Assembly (NCBI RefSeq): GCF_030028105.1
Contig: NC_092390.1
Location: 39,848,777-39,912,776, forward strand
Reading direction: 5' to 3'
DNA from: Mobula birostris
Taxonomy: Eukaryota
DNA: 64,000 bases
Positions 36,966 to 49,795 of this stretch are shown piece by piece. The translations under genes and the position numbers were made by a program. Within the stretch, counting starts at the first letter, position 1, and the number at the start of each line of letters is the position of its first letter. The notes under the pieces were generated by a model. The model worked only from the letters and a program-made list of their open reading frames with translations, searched no databases and was not told where the DNA came from.

Positions 36966-38316
36966 GAAGCTAGAGGTCTGTAAGCAATAATCCTACTGCT
37001 TGGAAGTATATAATGCAGGTAGATGCTCATGTCCACTCTACCTACTGTGTCATGAAGGAAGAGCAGATAAAGTCTCCTTTTCTTCAAACCTGAGTGTGGA
37101 TCTCATGAATGCAGCAGTGAGCGTTAAACATTAAGATGTGGCAAACACCTGATCCTGCTGCAGATAATAAATGGAGACAGTGACCATGACCTCCATGGGC
37201 AAGGCAGTCAAGCAATGTGTGAAGTTGTATTTAAAGCCATACCATTCGCAGATCTCAGTAAAGACAAAGAATACAATATGAGTGATGGCATGGGGAAATG
37301 TGTTTAGTTAAAAAAAATACAGCTGTTCTATGAGGGAATAAGTCCTGTCATTTTTCAGACCAGTATGGTTGAAAATCTCACTGCGGATAAACTTTTCATG
37401 TTGGACGAGGTCTAGACAGGTGTTGTTCTGGGGAAAAAAACCCTTATCAAGAATGAAAATCTCACCAATTCATGAGGAGGCTTTTTTTTTCCTGCAGGCA
37501 CTAAATATGCACAAAATAATCGTTCTTCGGGTTAACCAAATTTTTAACTGCACAACGTTGTTTACTTTGGAGCAGCAGATTTCTAGTTTCAGAAGTTTTT
37601 ATTTTCCACTTCAACTTCAAGTGACCCACTTCTCGTACAGATTGATCTGTCATTTTATAGTTTCCCAGTGGCTTGCTCTCAGCTTCTGGCTTTGCTGTTT
37701 AAAGTCCCCATTTTTCTCCTCCTTTCACACCAGGGTGAAACAGGACTTCTGCTTGCTGCCTCGATCCCAACCAAAACGGTGCAAATGAACATTAACTAAA
37801 AATCTGCTGGTTCACCAAGATAGTTGCTGTGACGGTAGAGTTAGTGTACCAGAGAGATGAATTTTAATATGCTTTAAAATGTTTCTTCTTTCATGACTGA
37901 CTTACTTTATATTCTAGCAGAGAGGATGATGTTTTAAAATCTTAATGATTATGCCAGGACTGCAACAATGGCTCTCTTCAACAATCAGCAACCCACTGTA
38001 TAGTCCATCAAGTGTCTCAGGATGATTGTAGCATATTGTATTTTGCTTAGGATCAGAAGGTCTTGCTGGCTCCAGTGCTGATGAAAGAAGGTGAGGATAA
38101 TGTCAAAATCAGTAACCATGGAATGTATGATTTTAATGGGAAACCTATTCACCTTAAGTAGGCACTTCACTTCTGCCTGTCCCCTTATTACATCATTTGT
38201 GAATGACCAAAAATACAGGTCATATAAATTCTAACAAATACAACAGGCTGCCAAATAACTTTAGTACAAGTAATGTTAATGGGCTTGAAGAATGGCTACA
38301 TAACGAGCTGGCAAAT

Positions 38317-39053
38317 TGGGACTTGGGAGTCCTTGTGCAGAACACCCTAAAGGTTAACTTGCAGGTTGAGTCAGTGTTGAGGAAGGCAAATGTCATGTTA
38401 GCATTCATTTCAAGAGGTCTAGAATACAAGAGCAAAGATGTGATGCTGATGCTTTATAAGGCACTGGAGAGGCCTCACCTTGAGTATTGTGAACAGTTTT
38501 GGGCCCCTCATCTTAGAAAAGATGTGCTAGCATTGGAGAGGGTCCATAGGAGGTTCACAAGGATGACTCCAGGAATGAAAGGATTATCATACGAGGAATG
38601 TTTGATGGCTTTGGGTCTGTACTCACTGGAATCCAGAAGGATGTGGCGGGGGGGGGGGGGGGGAATCTCATTGAAACCTTTCAAATATTGAAAGGTCTAG
38701 ACAGAGTAGATGTGGAAAGGATATTTCCCATGGTGGGAGAGTCTAGGACAAGAGGGCACAGCCTCAGGATAGAGGGGTGCCCTTTGAAAACAAAGAGGTG
38801 GAGAAATTTCTTTAGCCAAAGGTGGTGAATTTGTGGAATTTATTACCACAGACAGCTGTGGAGGTTAAGTCATTGGGTATATTTAAGGCAGAGATTGATA
38901 GGTTCTTGATTGGACATGGCATCAAAGGTTATGGGGAGAAGGCCAGGAACTGGGGTTGAGGAGGGGGAAAAATAAGGATCAGCCATGATTGAATGGCAGA
39001 GCAGACTCCATGGGCCAGAAGGCCTAATTCTTCTCCTATGTCTTATGGTCTTA
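38317..39053 (+). mobile_element. 5'-truncated CR1 with probable 8-bp TSD
   Basis: DLGVLVQNTLKV...LERPHLEYCEQFWAPHLRKD, (TCTTATGG)n tail. TGGCAAAT occurs at 38309-38316 and 39054-39061. Confidence 0.9.
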
Positions 39054-39186
39054 TGGCAAATGAATAATGACAGAAACATGGAAGGTGTGACAATTTGCAA
39101 GATAAATAAGGAAGTTCATTATAAAAATATTAAACATTATATTGAGAAGCAAAATGATTTCTGAGTACAACAAGAATTACTACAAG

Positions 39187-39277
39187 CAACACACATCAAA
39201 GTTGCTGGTGAACGCAGCAGGCCAGGCGGCATCTGTAGGAAGAGGTACAGTCGACGTTTCAGGCCGAGACCCTTTTG
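39187..39277 (-). mobile_element. 91-bp PLE terminus with 14-bp TSD
   Basis: AGAATTACTACAAG occurs at 39173-39186 and 39278-39291. Nearly identical to 1874-2002 over the shared length. Confidence 0.9.
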
Positions 39278-40014
39278 AGAATTACTACAAGTTATGATCG
39301 AGCTAATACGTAAGTAACAAAAGCAAACCAAGCACTGGGATCCAATCCTGGAGGGAGGGAATTGTAAAGCAGGAAAGCTATACAGTACTATACCTGTTTA
39401 GACCACACTCGAGATGCCATCTGTAGCACAGGTTGTCTCATTACATTAAAAAAAATAGGAGGGGATGATAAATTGATTATAAATGATGATAAAATAGCTG
39501 TGCTATTGTCCCTATCTAGAAAGGAAGAGGAGGCTCGGTCCTGTTTCTTGGGGAAAAAAATGGTTGAAGAGTGATCAAGTGGAGCTCTTTAGCACTGTGA
39601 AAGTCATTGGCAAAGAGAAGGAGTGGGGTTGCTTCCAGTTGTGAGGAAGGGCAAAATCTGAGGCAATTTTTCTCAGCAAATTGCCAAAACAATTAAACAA
39701 CACACTTAGAAGGAACTTCATTAACAAAAGATTGACGAATACAGTGCTTGGTAAAAGTATTCGGCCCCCAACCCATTGTTCACATATTACAGCTAGGGAT
39801 TTTGATAAATTTAAATGAGAATTTTTTATTTGTGAAACACATGCTCCTTTTTTTCACAGTAGAGCCCAAAAAGCAGGAAAATTATAAAGCATGAAAAGCT
39901 GAAAATTCAAAACCTGAAGTATTAACAGTTCAAGAGTATTCAACCCCCTCTGCTCAGTACTTAGTTGAACCACCTCTTGCAGCTATTGCAGCCAGTCATC
40001 TTTTGAGATAAATA

Positions 40015-40410
40015 CTGCTGGGGTTGAATAGCCCATTGCTGCAGAGAGTTGTGGACTCAGCCAGCTGTATCACTGGCACAATCCTCCCCATCATCGAAGA
40101 CATCTTCAAAAGGCTGGTGCTTCAAGAAGGCAGCATTAAAGACCCTCACCATCAGGGTCATGCCCTCTTCCCATTACTACCAGCAAGGAGGAAATGCAGG
40201 AGCCTGAAGAACCACACTCAAAATTTTAAGAACATTGTTCTCCCTTCCACCATCAGATTTCTGAATGGATCACAAACTCATGAACACTACTTCGTTATTC
40301 ATCTTTTGCAGTATTTTATTTATTTTTAGAACTTTTATTTTTATGTACTGCTGCTGCAGAACAGTAAATTTCACAACATATGTCAATGATATTAAACCTG
40401 ATTCTGATAT
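40015..40410 (+). mobile_element. Rex1/Babar-type 3' fragment
   Basis: LQRVVDSASCITGTILP...IKDPHHQGHALFPLLPARRKCRSLK. Tail AAACCTGATTCTGAT. Confidence 0.85.
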
Positions 40411-43400
40411 TTCATGCACACTATCATTACAAGCAAGCTAAAAATGCAGCTTGCATCCTAATCTTAGAACCTTATCACGTTTTCTGCCTGCACCTCTATT
40501 ACAATGGTCTGGAAACTGTGGATATGCAACCAGTCTTCAAATTTCAGTATTCATCAAAAAATATAACATTTGGTGTCAAACATTAAACAGCGCAATGTAT
40601 GGACGAATGAACTCTTCTCAAGCTTCCAGCCAGGTACAGGTATCAATTTTAAATGTCATTTCGATGATAAGTTCTTCCATGTTCATCAGGATCAGGAAAG
40701 CACCAGGTCCTTTTTTAGTGCAAGATATCATTCTTGAGTATCTTTCTGTTTTTAATCTAACTGTGTGTATTGCAGAAGCATAAGGAAACAAAAGTAAACA
40801 TGGAGTTTTGTTTTTTTTCACAAAAATAGTCCCAGCCCTTATAATCTTCCCAAGCCATTTAGTTCCCTCTTCTTGTGTAGCATTTTAGCACCTCTTCTTT
40901 GGTTTCTCCAGCCTTGCTGGTACTCAAGATTAGTCATTACCATGTTTCACTATGCTACAGTGTCTAAAACTGTCTCTGTGGTCAACAATGCAACTGTCAT
41001 CAGGCTTGACTTAAAATATATTTTTGATCTCTCTCTTCAAACCCTGGTCACTTCTTCCTTGCAGCTGATGTGTTAATGCACTTGCAGGTTCTTTTCTAAC
41101 TGTATGTCATAGCAGGAACATGATGAGTCAGAAAGAGATGTGGAGAACTGCTGAAACACATGCACCTTATTTATTCCAGCCTCTCCAACGACATTGCATA
41201 TATACACAGAGACTGTAGCTGTAGGTATAAACGGTGTAAATTCAACAGGGCAAAGAATTTCTTGATAGAATCTTATGGAACATAACGCAATCAATCTGCT
41301 GTTAGAACTCAGCAGGCCTAGCAGCAAAACTCTGGTTCTCATCTGGAGAGCATCAGGACCGAGAGTGTAGGGGGCAAAAGCTAGTATATATGGAAGTGAG
41401 ACGGAGGTGCAATCAGAGGCTGTCATTCCAAGTATAGTATATTGTAAACTTTTAAACACCAAGTTAACACCGAATGATTAAATGGAACTGCAAAACTTTG
41501 GAATGGGCAAATAGATCCATAAAATTAAATATTCACAATAGGTAGAAATGCCCCTGCATATTCAGACATCTTTGCTGGGAATCCTGTATATCCTGTATTT
41601 ACCACTGTACTGAGTGATGGCTCTCTCTGCAGACAAGGGCCTGTATAAGTTCATCTACCCTTGTCCTCATTGAAGATTAGTTTCCGTTTGTATTAATGGT
41701 ACCATCCATATAATTCCTGACTAAACCTGGCATCCAACCAAACAAGCCTCATACAGTTGGCCAAAGAAAAGAGTAATTTCTTGCATCTATTAATATACAA
41801 TATACTCTAAACTCTAGCTGGTTATTTCACTATGCATTTAGAACATGGCAGGAGCAGTGGTACTCTGCACATTCTAATTTACTTGGACATCTTGAAAAAT
41901 ATCTAAGGGGATTCCTAAACATTCAGGAGAACTGGACACTGCAATAGAAATGAGTCCATGTACCATAAATTAAGCAGAGCGGATTACTCACTCTAAGATT
42001 TATTTTAAATTTCGAAGGTTAACTTTATTTACTGAAAATACATACAAGAAGTACAAAACAGTACTTGGCTTTCATTATATACAAACTGTTGTCCAACTAT
42101 CTGTTCCTAGTTTTGTTAAGTCAATACATTTGCGGTATCATTAGGTTAATACATTTTATTTGATGTAGTGTGAACAAAGACGTGGGAGAATACAGCTGGT
42201 AGATATGAAGTCATCTTTTATTTGACAAAATGAGACCCTTTCGGAGGAAGAGGCCAGTTCAACCCAATATTACATGTCATGTTAATGCAAAAGATCAAAG
42301 GATAATTCTATATTTACAATGTATCTACAATGCTTCCTTTGAATTATGTATAAATTCCATGCCTCCTTCTTCACACCCACAATCCAGGCGCCTAAAATGA
42401 ATGTCATCATTGTCTGGTTTACTAATTAACTGCTCTTCACAGCTCTAGGGAACTACTGTCCGGAGCTGCATCTTAAATCTACAGTCTATGTTCAGGTCTA
42501 AAGATTGGTTGCTGAAGTTAATATTTTGGGTAGCCCCCTCCCCAGTCCAAAATATGCCCTAACACAATGTAGTAAGCACAAATACCATTCATACAGCCTC
42601 TTGGACAATATACAGTTAGGCTTTGTGGGGCTTTTACACAGGACCTAACCATTCAGTATCTAGTGGAGACAGGACCTTAGTCTGCAGTCCTTTCCCACAA
42701 AGCCGTTGCTTTGGCTGCTTAAAGTTTCTCCCTTAGGTCATACTTGTGCAGCGCGCAACAACATTCAGCCTACTCCAGGAGTATAACTGCTTTGCCCGGA
42801 GTCAAATATGACCTGAAATCTGATGTCGTATTGTACCTATTATATCACTGACTGACCACTGTGCAGTGAGGCTGAAATCACATGAAATATGCATCAGAAA
42901 CGAGTTTTCAGTAATCACTTTTCTTTAGATTTTCTCTGGGCTTTGCTCTTTGAGTGAATTTTCTGCTTATCAAGGTAAAGTTGAGAATTTACATTTCCAT
43001 TTCCCATGCCAGGAATCTTTGCATGCTTTCTGAAGTAGACAGCCAATTAGTCCTGAAATACGAGCAGATTTTGCAGTAAATTCAGGCCTGTTAAGAAATG
43101 AATGCAGGCTTTTCAAAGTGGCTTCACTTAGGGACCTCGCAGTTGTCAGAAAAAGGAGAATTTTATTGCTTGAGTTTGTGTGTTAGAATGAAGCCCAGGT
43201 CCCAAGTGCGAAAAAATTATTCAACACGGCAATGGACACTTTTTCAACATGAGATCACTAGTCACTAGTACTGGTAGGTAATTGTTTTAGTATTAGCCTT
43301 TATTCCATTTTTAGACAAGTAAATATGAAAGCCAGTTTAGTTCTACATTGTGCTCACTGTAAGTATCAGAGATCCAGTTGGCTTGGTCTTTGTCAAAAGC

Positions 43401-43424
43401 ACATTGTTCACTGACTCAGGAAGG

Positions 43425-43745
43425 AGCTATATTGTATCTCTTTGTCCTACTGTGAATACGTGCAAGAAAATTAATCTCAGGGTAGTATATGGTGACATAT
43501 AAGTAATATACTTTGGATAAAAAATTTACTTTGAACTTTAAACTACCATCGAAGAGGGGATACAGGATCCTCTGTTCCCACACTACGAAGTTCAGGAATC
43601 GTTATTACCCTTCAATAATTAGGCTCCTGAACCAGCATGGATAACTTCATCTACCTCCACACTGAACTGATTCCACACCCTATGGACTCACTTTCAAGGA
43701 TTGTGCAACTCATGTTCTCAGTGTTAATTATTTATTATTATTGTT
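43425..43745 (+). mobile_element. Two Rex1/Babar-type 3' fragments
   Basis: AAGAAAATTAATCTCAGGGTAGTATATGGTGACAT...AAATTTACTTTGAACTTT, followed by AGGAATCGTTATTACCCTTCAA...CCTATGGACTCACTTTCAAGGA. Confidence 0.7.
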
Positions 43746-43789
43746 AATTGTTTTTCCTTTGTATTTGTACATTTTGTACACCAAACATA

Positions 43790-44025
43790 CAGTGAAATGT
43801 ATGTGAAATGAAATATGCTGGGACAGCACGCAAGTGTCACCACATTTCCGGCACCAACATAGCATATCCACAACTCTCTAACCCTAATTGTATGCCTTTG
43901 GACTGTGGGAGGAAACCAGGTCACCCAGAGGAAACCCACAAGGTCATGGCGAAAATGTACAAACTTCTTACAGACAGCGGTAGGAATCAAATCCCGATTG
44001 GTGATAATTGGCACTGTAAAGCAAC
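43790..44025 (-). mobile_element. tRNA-derived SINE (family of 12234)
   Basis: TTTGGACTGTGGGAGGAAACCAGGTCACCCAGAGGAAACCCACAAGGTCATGGCGAAAATGTACAAACTTCTTACAGACAGCGG is the reverse complement of the SINE body. Confidence 0.75.
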
Positions 44026-44339
44026 CATCAAAGGAAATTAGTTGGTCTTTTGAAATAAATATAATGCAGCTTTACTCAATTACTGGGCTTGCCTGCCGTG
44101 TATGGAAATATTCCAAGTTCCCATAAATGATCAACGGGCAAATAGGAAAAAGACAAAAGAAAATATCAAGTACAAATTTCATAATATTGCTACTGAGTTT
44201 GCTGGTTATTTGTTTCCTGGTTCAGCAAAGTTAGAAAGTGAATTGCCCTGGCACAATCTCGTCAGCGAAGATTAGAAACAAATACTGGAGTGACAACGGG
44301 TCATCTGGCTTTTGAAGCACTAACTTTGGATCATTTCAG

Positions 44340-44480
44340 AACTAGAATCAGAATCAGAGTCAGATTTAATATCACTGGCATTTGTCGTGAAATTTGTTGT
44401 TTTGCAACAGCCGTACATTGCAATACATAATAATAGAACTATAAATTACGATAAGAAATATACACATGTATATAAATAAT
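44340..44480 (-). mobile_element. Rex1/Babar-type 3' terminus
   Basis: AGAATCAGAATCAGAGTCAGATTTAATATCACTGGCATTTGTCGTGAAATTTGTTGTTTTGC. Confidence 0.7.
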
Positions 44481-44835
44481 CCAAAAGGAGAGCAAAATAA
44501 GAAAAAAAGGTCAGTTATCTTCTGCTTAATTCGCAAGTGAATCACCTTCCCTGTGAGTACTTTTCCTGCTGAACTATTTTGCATTGAGTTAAATTAGTTG
44601 TAAGGTTAACCAGATTCTGTGGATTGATGAACCTGTTCCACACAGGTTTGTCAGAGTTCCTCTCCTTTGGCTGAACTAGGAGAGATCCAGCCTTTCCCCA
44701 CACCTCCACCCACCCACTGACCCAGTCTCTTTGATTTGGGGAATAGTAATAATCACTTTATCCTGGTTGAAGATGTGCAGGGTTTGCTTTTCTACATCAA
44801 GCAACATGATCAAAAATATAAAGAATGGAGATCAT

Positions 44836-45010
44836 AAACACAAGAGATTCTGCAGTTATGCTAGAAATCCAGAGCACCATTCACAAAATGCTGGAGAAAC
44901 ATAGCAGCGTTTCAGGTCCTGATGAAGGGTCTTGGCCAGAAATGTCGATTCTTTATTCCTCTCCGTAGATGCTGCCTGACCTGTTTATCCAGCATTTTGT
45001 GTGTGTGTTA
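44836..45010. mobile_element. Fold-back PLE terminus with hammerhead motif (44914-44951)
   Basis: CACAAAATGCTGGA is inverted relative to TCCAGCATTTTGTG. Motif AGGTC CTGATGA A GGGTCTTGGCCA GAAATGTC GATTC. Confidence 0.75.
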
Positions 45011-46177
45011 ATTATGAAGGGAGGCAGTGATTTCATTGAAAATGTAATTAATTCCAGCTGAAGTAGTTTGTGATGTTTCTGGATCATAAGCTGAAAGCCT
45101 GTAAACAAAGTAAGTTATCTCTTAATCTTGTGCTCTAGTGGTGGATGAACTCTTCTCTTCTTCCTGAATTAAAGGTGCTATAGTTTGTGTTACAAATAGT
45201 TGTGAACTATCCATTTTGCTGCAGATATTTCCAGACACATCTGTCTTACGATGACTTCTACTCTGCCTCTGGACTTTCAATTGAATAATCTTTTGATAGT
45301 GCTTTGGAAGGCAGTAAACAAGCTCATTAATCTACACTATAGATGAGTTGTGTTGTACTGCAATAAATTCTGTCTGGAATGGGCAATAAGCACTAGAAAA
45401 TAAAGTTTGTTGTTTTATGTATTGTGTTAACCTCTTGCAAACCAAATGTACTCTTCTGCTTCATGCAATATACTGTAAATATGATTTCATTACATCATCA
45501 AAATATTGCATTATTAAATTTATTCGGCATTTCCAAAGCAGACTTAGAATGGGTCGGGAGGCTTGCTGTAGTCTCACAACAGCCTGAATATGATATGAAT
45601 TTGTCTACTGCTGTAATACATGCTAATAAAAGTCCCATAACTATCACAATGTAGAAATATTGTGCACTGCTGATTTGAAAGAATCGGAACTTCACATCTA
45701 TTCCTCAATCAACACCTCTGTTACAGATTATCTGGGTATTACCATATTCCTTCTTTTGGGATTTGGCTGTCCCATTTGCAACAGTGCCCGCACATCAAAA
45801 ATATTTCATGGGTTGTTCTGATGTCTTATCCAAATGAAAGTCTTTTTGCAATATTTTTCATCTAAGCTAGTTTACACGATGTAGATGTCACTGGTACTTA
45901 TCATGGCTACCCAAATACCTTGATGTGAGAAAGAGGTCAGGAGCCAGGCACATTGTCACTGGTCCAGAGTCACGTGCAGGTCAGACTGCATAAGGGCAAC
46001 AGATTTCCTTCTTGGAAGTGCATATGTAAACCAGATTTTTTAATAGTAATCCAACAGATTCATGGTTACAATTGTTCGTTTACTTAGTAACTTGAATTTA
46101 TATTGCCCAGTTTCAATGCAGGGATTCAACCTCACAGCTGTAATTCAAAAGGGTATTCTACTTTTTCTCTAGACTTT

Positions 46178-46300
46178 CATAGAACACAGAACATAGAAAT
46201 CTACGGCACATTACAGGCCCTTCAGCCCACAATGTTGTGCTGACCATGTAACCTACTCTAGAAACTGCCTAGAATTTCCCTATCGCATAGCCCTCTATTT
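46178..46300 (-). mobile_element. CR1 3' tail fragment
   Basis: CATAGAACACAGAACATAGAAATCTACGGCACATTACAGGCCCTTCAGCCCACAATGTTGTGC is the reverse complement of the 3' end seen at 6880-6980. Confidence 0.8.
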
Positions 46301-46649
46301 CAGTTAGAGCACAGGCCCCGTAATATAACCTTTAACCTAAGAACACAGGTCCTGTAGTATAATATCTAAATAATTGCTCAATCTTTTCTTGCCAGAGACT
46401 GCAATCCTCGTTATTTACATATTGAAACATTGTTCCTCTGCTTCATATAACACATTTGTAGTTATCCCTTTAAGAAGCAAAGATCTTATTTTTTTCTTTA
46501 CTCTTCCCCCTTCCCTTCCAACCTTTTATTTTTTACATTATTATCAAAAGTAACAACAGAAATAATAGAAGAGAGGATTGGCAGGGACTTTGTTTTCTCC
46601 TGTGGTTTCAGCCATCTCACTAGTCAGACCTCAGCCAAATGAGTTCATT

Positions 46650-46780
46650 TTATGTAATATAAAGGAACAGTTGAGAAGACTGGTTGCAGAAAATGATATG
46701 GGACCAGATGATATCCCAACTGCTTTTCTGCGGACTTGTAGTCCAGAACTAGATTATAGCCAAGCTGTTCCATGAATGGA
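46650..46780 (+). mobile_element. Ancient LINE RT relic (L2/CR1-like)
   Basis: NIKEQLRRLVAENDMGPDDIPTAFLRTCSPEL matches the pre-RT motif L..L...KA.GPD.IP...LK.C..EL. Confidence 0.6.
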
Positions 46781-47194
46781 CTAGCACTATAGCACCAGTC
46801 TCCAGCCAGAGTTATAGAAAATTACCTCAGCATGTGTGATGCATTGAAGGAACAAATCTCAGGTCCAGATTGTTATTTTAATTGTTGCTTCCAGTCTAAG
46901 GCACAAAATAACATGTAGACCTGAACCAGAACTTTGAGAATTAAATAAAGCAAAAGCAAGCATTGTATTGTTCCTGGAACTTAAGTCCAAGAGAACTTTT
47001 TCAAGATCTTTTGGAGTTTTAAAACCACCTGGATAAAATTCATGACACATCTGTGTTTTTATTAGTTCTTCCATCCTGTCCATGGTTACCTTTCCAGATG
47101 TATGAGAAATGAAGGTGAGCAGAAATAAAAACAGAATGATGATGACATGCAAGCCCCAGAACCGTGTATGTATTCCTGCTCAAAGGGTGAGTTA

Positions 47195-47400
47195 CACTGG
47201 CCAGTGGTGTGGTGGCATCCGCACTGGACTTCGAGGCAAGAGGTCCCGGGTTCGAATCTAGTTGGCTCCTTGCACACTTTCCATATGTGCTGGGTTGAGC
47301 ATTGAGCTAGCAACTCAGCCTCATGAAAAGACGAGAAAAAATGCTAAAGGAATGATAAGGTTGCTACCCAATGTGCCACAAGGCATGTTACGCCACCAAT
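47195..47400 (+). mobile_element. tRNA-derived SINE related to 60790-61058
   Basis: A-box-like AGTGGTGTGGTGG, B-box GGTTCGAATC (47249-47258). Internal GGGTTGAGCATTGAGCTAGCAACTCAGCCTCATGAAAA resembles GGGTTGATGTCGAGCTCACAACTGGGCCTCGTAAAA. Confidence 0.65.
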
Positions 47401-48077
47401 GCACCCCTCCTGCCACAAGATTAATAGGTTGACATATCATTTTAGGCACCACACATATTGCATCTATTTTAAGTGGCTAAATGCATCAAGGGCTAACATT
47501 TAATAAAAATACATTTAATATGAAGGGATGGGATTCTATTCAGGTGAAGAAGGTTTTAATAGCTGCAGCCTAAAAGTGTCAAAATGGATATTTGACATTA
47601 TGATATAAATGGCAGGAGATAAATACAGTACTGACGGCAATGTGAGCTCACTTTTTTGACAGATGCACACTGGTCGAGATGTTGGGTTTGGATAACATGA
47701 CCATTTTTATGTTGTTAATCTCCATGCTGTTTTCATTTTCCCTCATGCATTAGGCTTAGTGGTAGGTAATGGTCACCAATAACTATTTTGTCCTGTAAGT
47801 TGCTGGAACTACAGGAAGCCTTAGAGAAATTGCATTAGATTTACTTCATACTCCACAAACAAGACATATGTATATCCTTCCAGGTGAGGCAACACTTCAG
47901 CTGGGAATGGCTAGGGTTGTCTATTGTGTTGGGCACTGCTGATGCAGCCTCCTCTAAATTGGCGTCCCTTTTCCATCTGTCCCTCCCCATTAATCCACCC
48001 CCCGGTACTTATCGCTGCAAGGGGCCTAAATGCTACACCTTGGTAAAAATGCCATCCCCTTCTCTCAGTTCCTCTAT

Positions 48078-49155
48078 ATATTAATAACTTAGACGAGGGA
48101 ACTAAATGCAGCATCTCCAAGTTTGCAGATGACATGAAGCTGGGCGGCAGTGTTAACTGTGAGGAGGATGCTAAGAGGATGCAGGGTGACTTGGATAGGT
48201 TAGGTGAGTGGGCAAATTCATAGCAGATGCAGTTTAATGTGGATAAATGTGAGGTTATCCACTTTGGTGGCAAAAACAGGAAAACAGATTATTATCTGAA
48301 TACACATCAAAGTTGCTGGTGCGTTCACCAGCAACTTTGATGTGGGTTGCTTGAATTTCCAGCATCTGTAGAATTCCTGTTGTTTATTATCTGAATGGTG
48401 GCCGATTAGGAAAAGGGGAGGTGCAACGAGACCTGGATATCATTATACACCAGTCATTGAAAGTGGGCATGCAGGTACAGCAGGCAGTGAAAAAGGCGAA
48501 TGGTATGCTGGCATTCATAGCAAGAGAATTTGAGTACAGGAGCAGGGAGGTACTACTGCAGTTGTACAAGACATTGGTGAGACAACACCTGGAGTATTGT
48601 GTGCAGTTTTGGTCCCCTAATCTGAGGAAAGACATTCTTGCCATAGAGGGAGTACAAAGAAGGTTAACCAGATTGATTCCTGGGATGGCAGGACTTTCAT
48701 AGGGTGAAAGACTGGATCGACTAGGCTTATACTCGCTGGAATTTAGAAGATTGAGGGGGGATCTTATTGAAACGTATAAAATCCTAAAGGGATTGGACAG
48801 GCTAGATGCAGGAAGATTGTTCTCGATGTTGGGGAAGTCCAGAACGAGGGGTCACAGTTCAAGGATAAAGGGGAAACCTTTTAGGACGGAGATGAGGAAA
48901 AATTTCTTCACACAGAGAGTGGTGAATCTGTGGAATTCTCTGCCACAGGAAACAGTTGAGGCCAGTTCATTGGCTATATTTAAGAGGGAGTTAGATATGA
49001 CCCTTGTGGCTAAAGGGATCAGGGGGTATGGAAAGAAGGCAGGTACAGGGTTCTGAGTTGGATGATCAGCCATGATCATACTGAATGGCAGTGCAGGCTC
49101 GAAGGGCCGAATGGCCTACTCCTGCACCTATTTTCTATGTTTCTATGTTTCTATG
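48078..49155 (+). mobile_element. 5'-truncated CR1 (RT C-terminus plus 3' UTR)
   Basis: SKFADDMKLGG, DLDIIIHQSLKV, LVRQHLEYCVQFWSP. (TTCTATGT)3 tail at about 49132-49156. Confidence 0.93.
48302..48384 (+). mobile_element. 83-bp fold-back PLE terminus inside CR1, 12-bp TSD
   Basis: TATTATCTGAAT occurs at 48290-48301 and 48385-48396. Perfect 19-bp hairpin CACATCAAAGTTGCTGGTG-CGTT-CACCAGCAACTTTGATGTG. Confidence 0.92.
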
Positions 49156-49628
49156 TCTCACTTGTAAAAATGTCATCTCTTTCTCTCAGTTCTTCCGACT
49201 CCTCTGCACCTGCTCTCAGGATAAGGCTTTTCATTCCAGAACTAATGAGATGTCCTCCTGCTTCAAAGAGAGGGGCTTTCCTTCCTCCACCATCAACACT
49301 GCCCTCACGCGCATCTCTTCCATTTCGTGCACGTCTGCCCTCATCCCATCCTTCCGCCACCCCAGCAGGGATAGGGCTCCTCTTGTCCTCACCTACCACC
49401 CCAGTAGCCTCCGTGTCTAGCTCATAATACTCTGTAACTTCTACTATGGAAAGCCACCAGCAAGCACATCTTTCCCTCCACCCCACTTTCTGCTTTCTGC
49501 AGGGATCACTCCCTTGTCTATTCATCCCTCCCCACTGATCTTCCTCCTGTTACCTATCCTTGCAAGTGGAACAAGTGCCATGCCTACCCCTACACGTCCT
49601 CCCTCACTACCAATTAGCGCCCCAAACA

Positions 49629-49795
49629 AGGTGAAGATTGATAGATTCTAGGTTAGTCAGGGCAATAAGGGATATGATGAGAAGGCAGAAGATTGGGGCT
49701 GAGAGTAAAATTGGATCAGCCATGATGAAATGGTGGTGCAGACTCAATGGGCCAAATGGCCTAATTCTGCTCCTATATCTTATTGTCTTATGATC
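49629..49795 (+). mobile_element. CR1 3' end inserted into the first PLE unit
   Basis: GATTGATAGATTC...GGATCAGCCATGATG...CCTAATTCTGCTCCTATATCTTATTGTCTTATGATCTT interrupts the PLE between CCCAAACA and GGTGAGTCAACTCTTCACCTG. Confidence 0.8.

Noticed and set aside
42619-42814. H/ACA snoRNA or miRNA-cluster interpretation of the twin hairpins
   Set aside because: There is no ACA box after the second hairpin on either strand, and the interiors do not form the continuous stems needed for pre-miRNAs.
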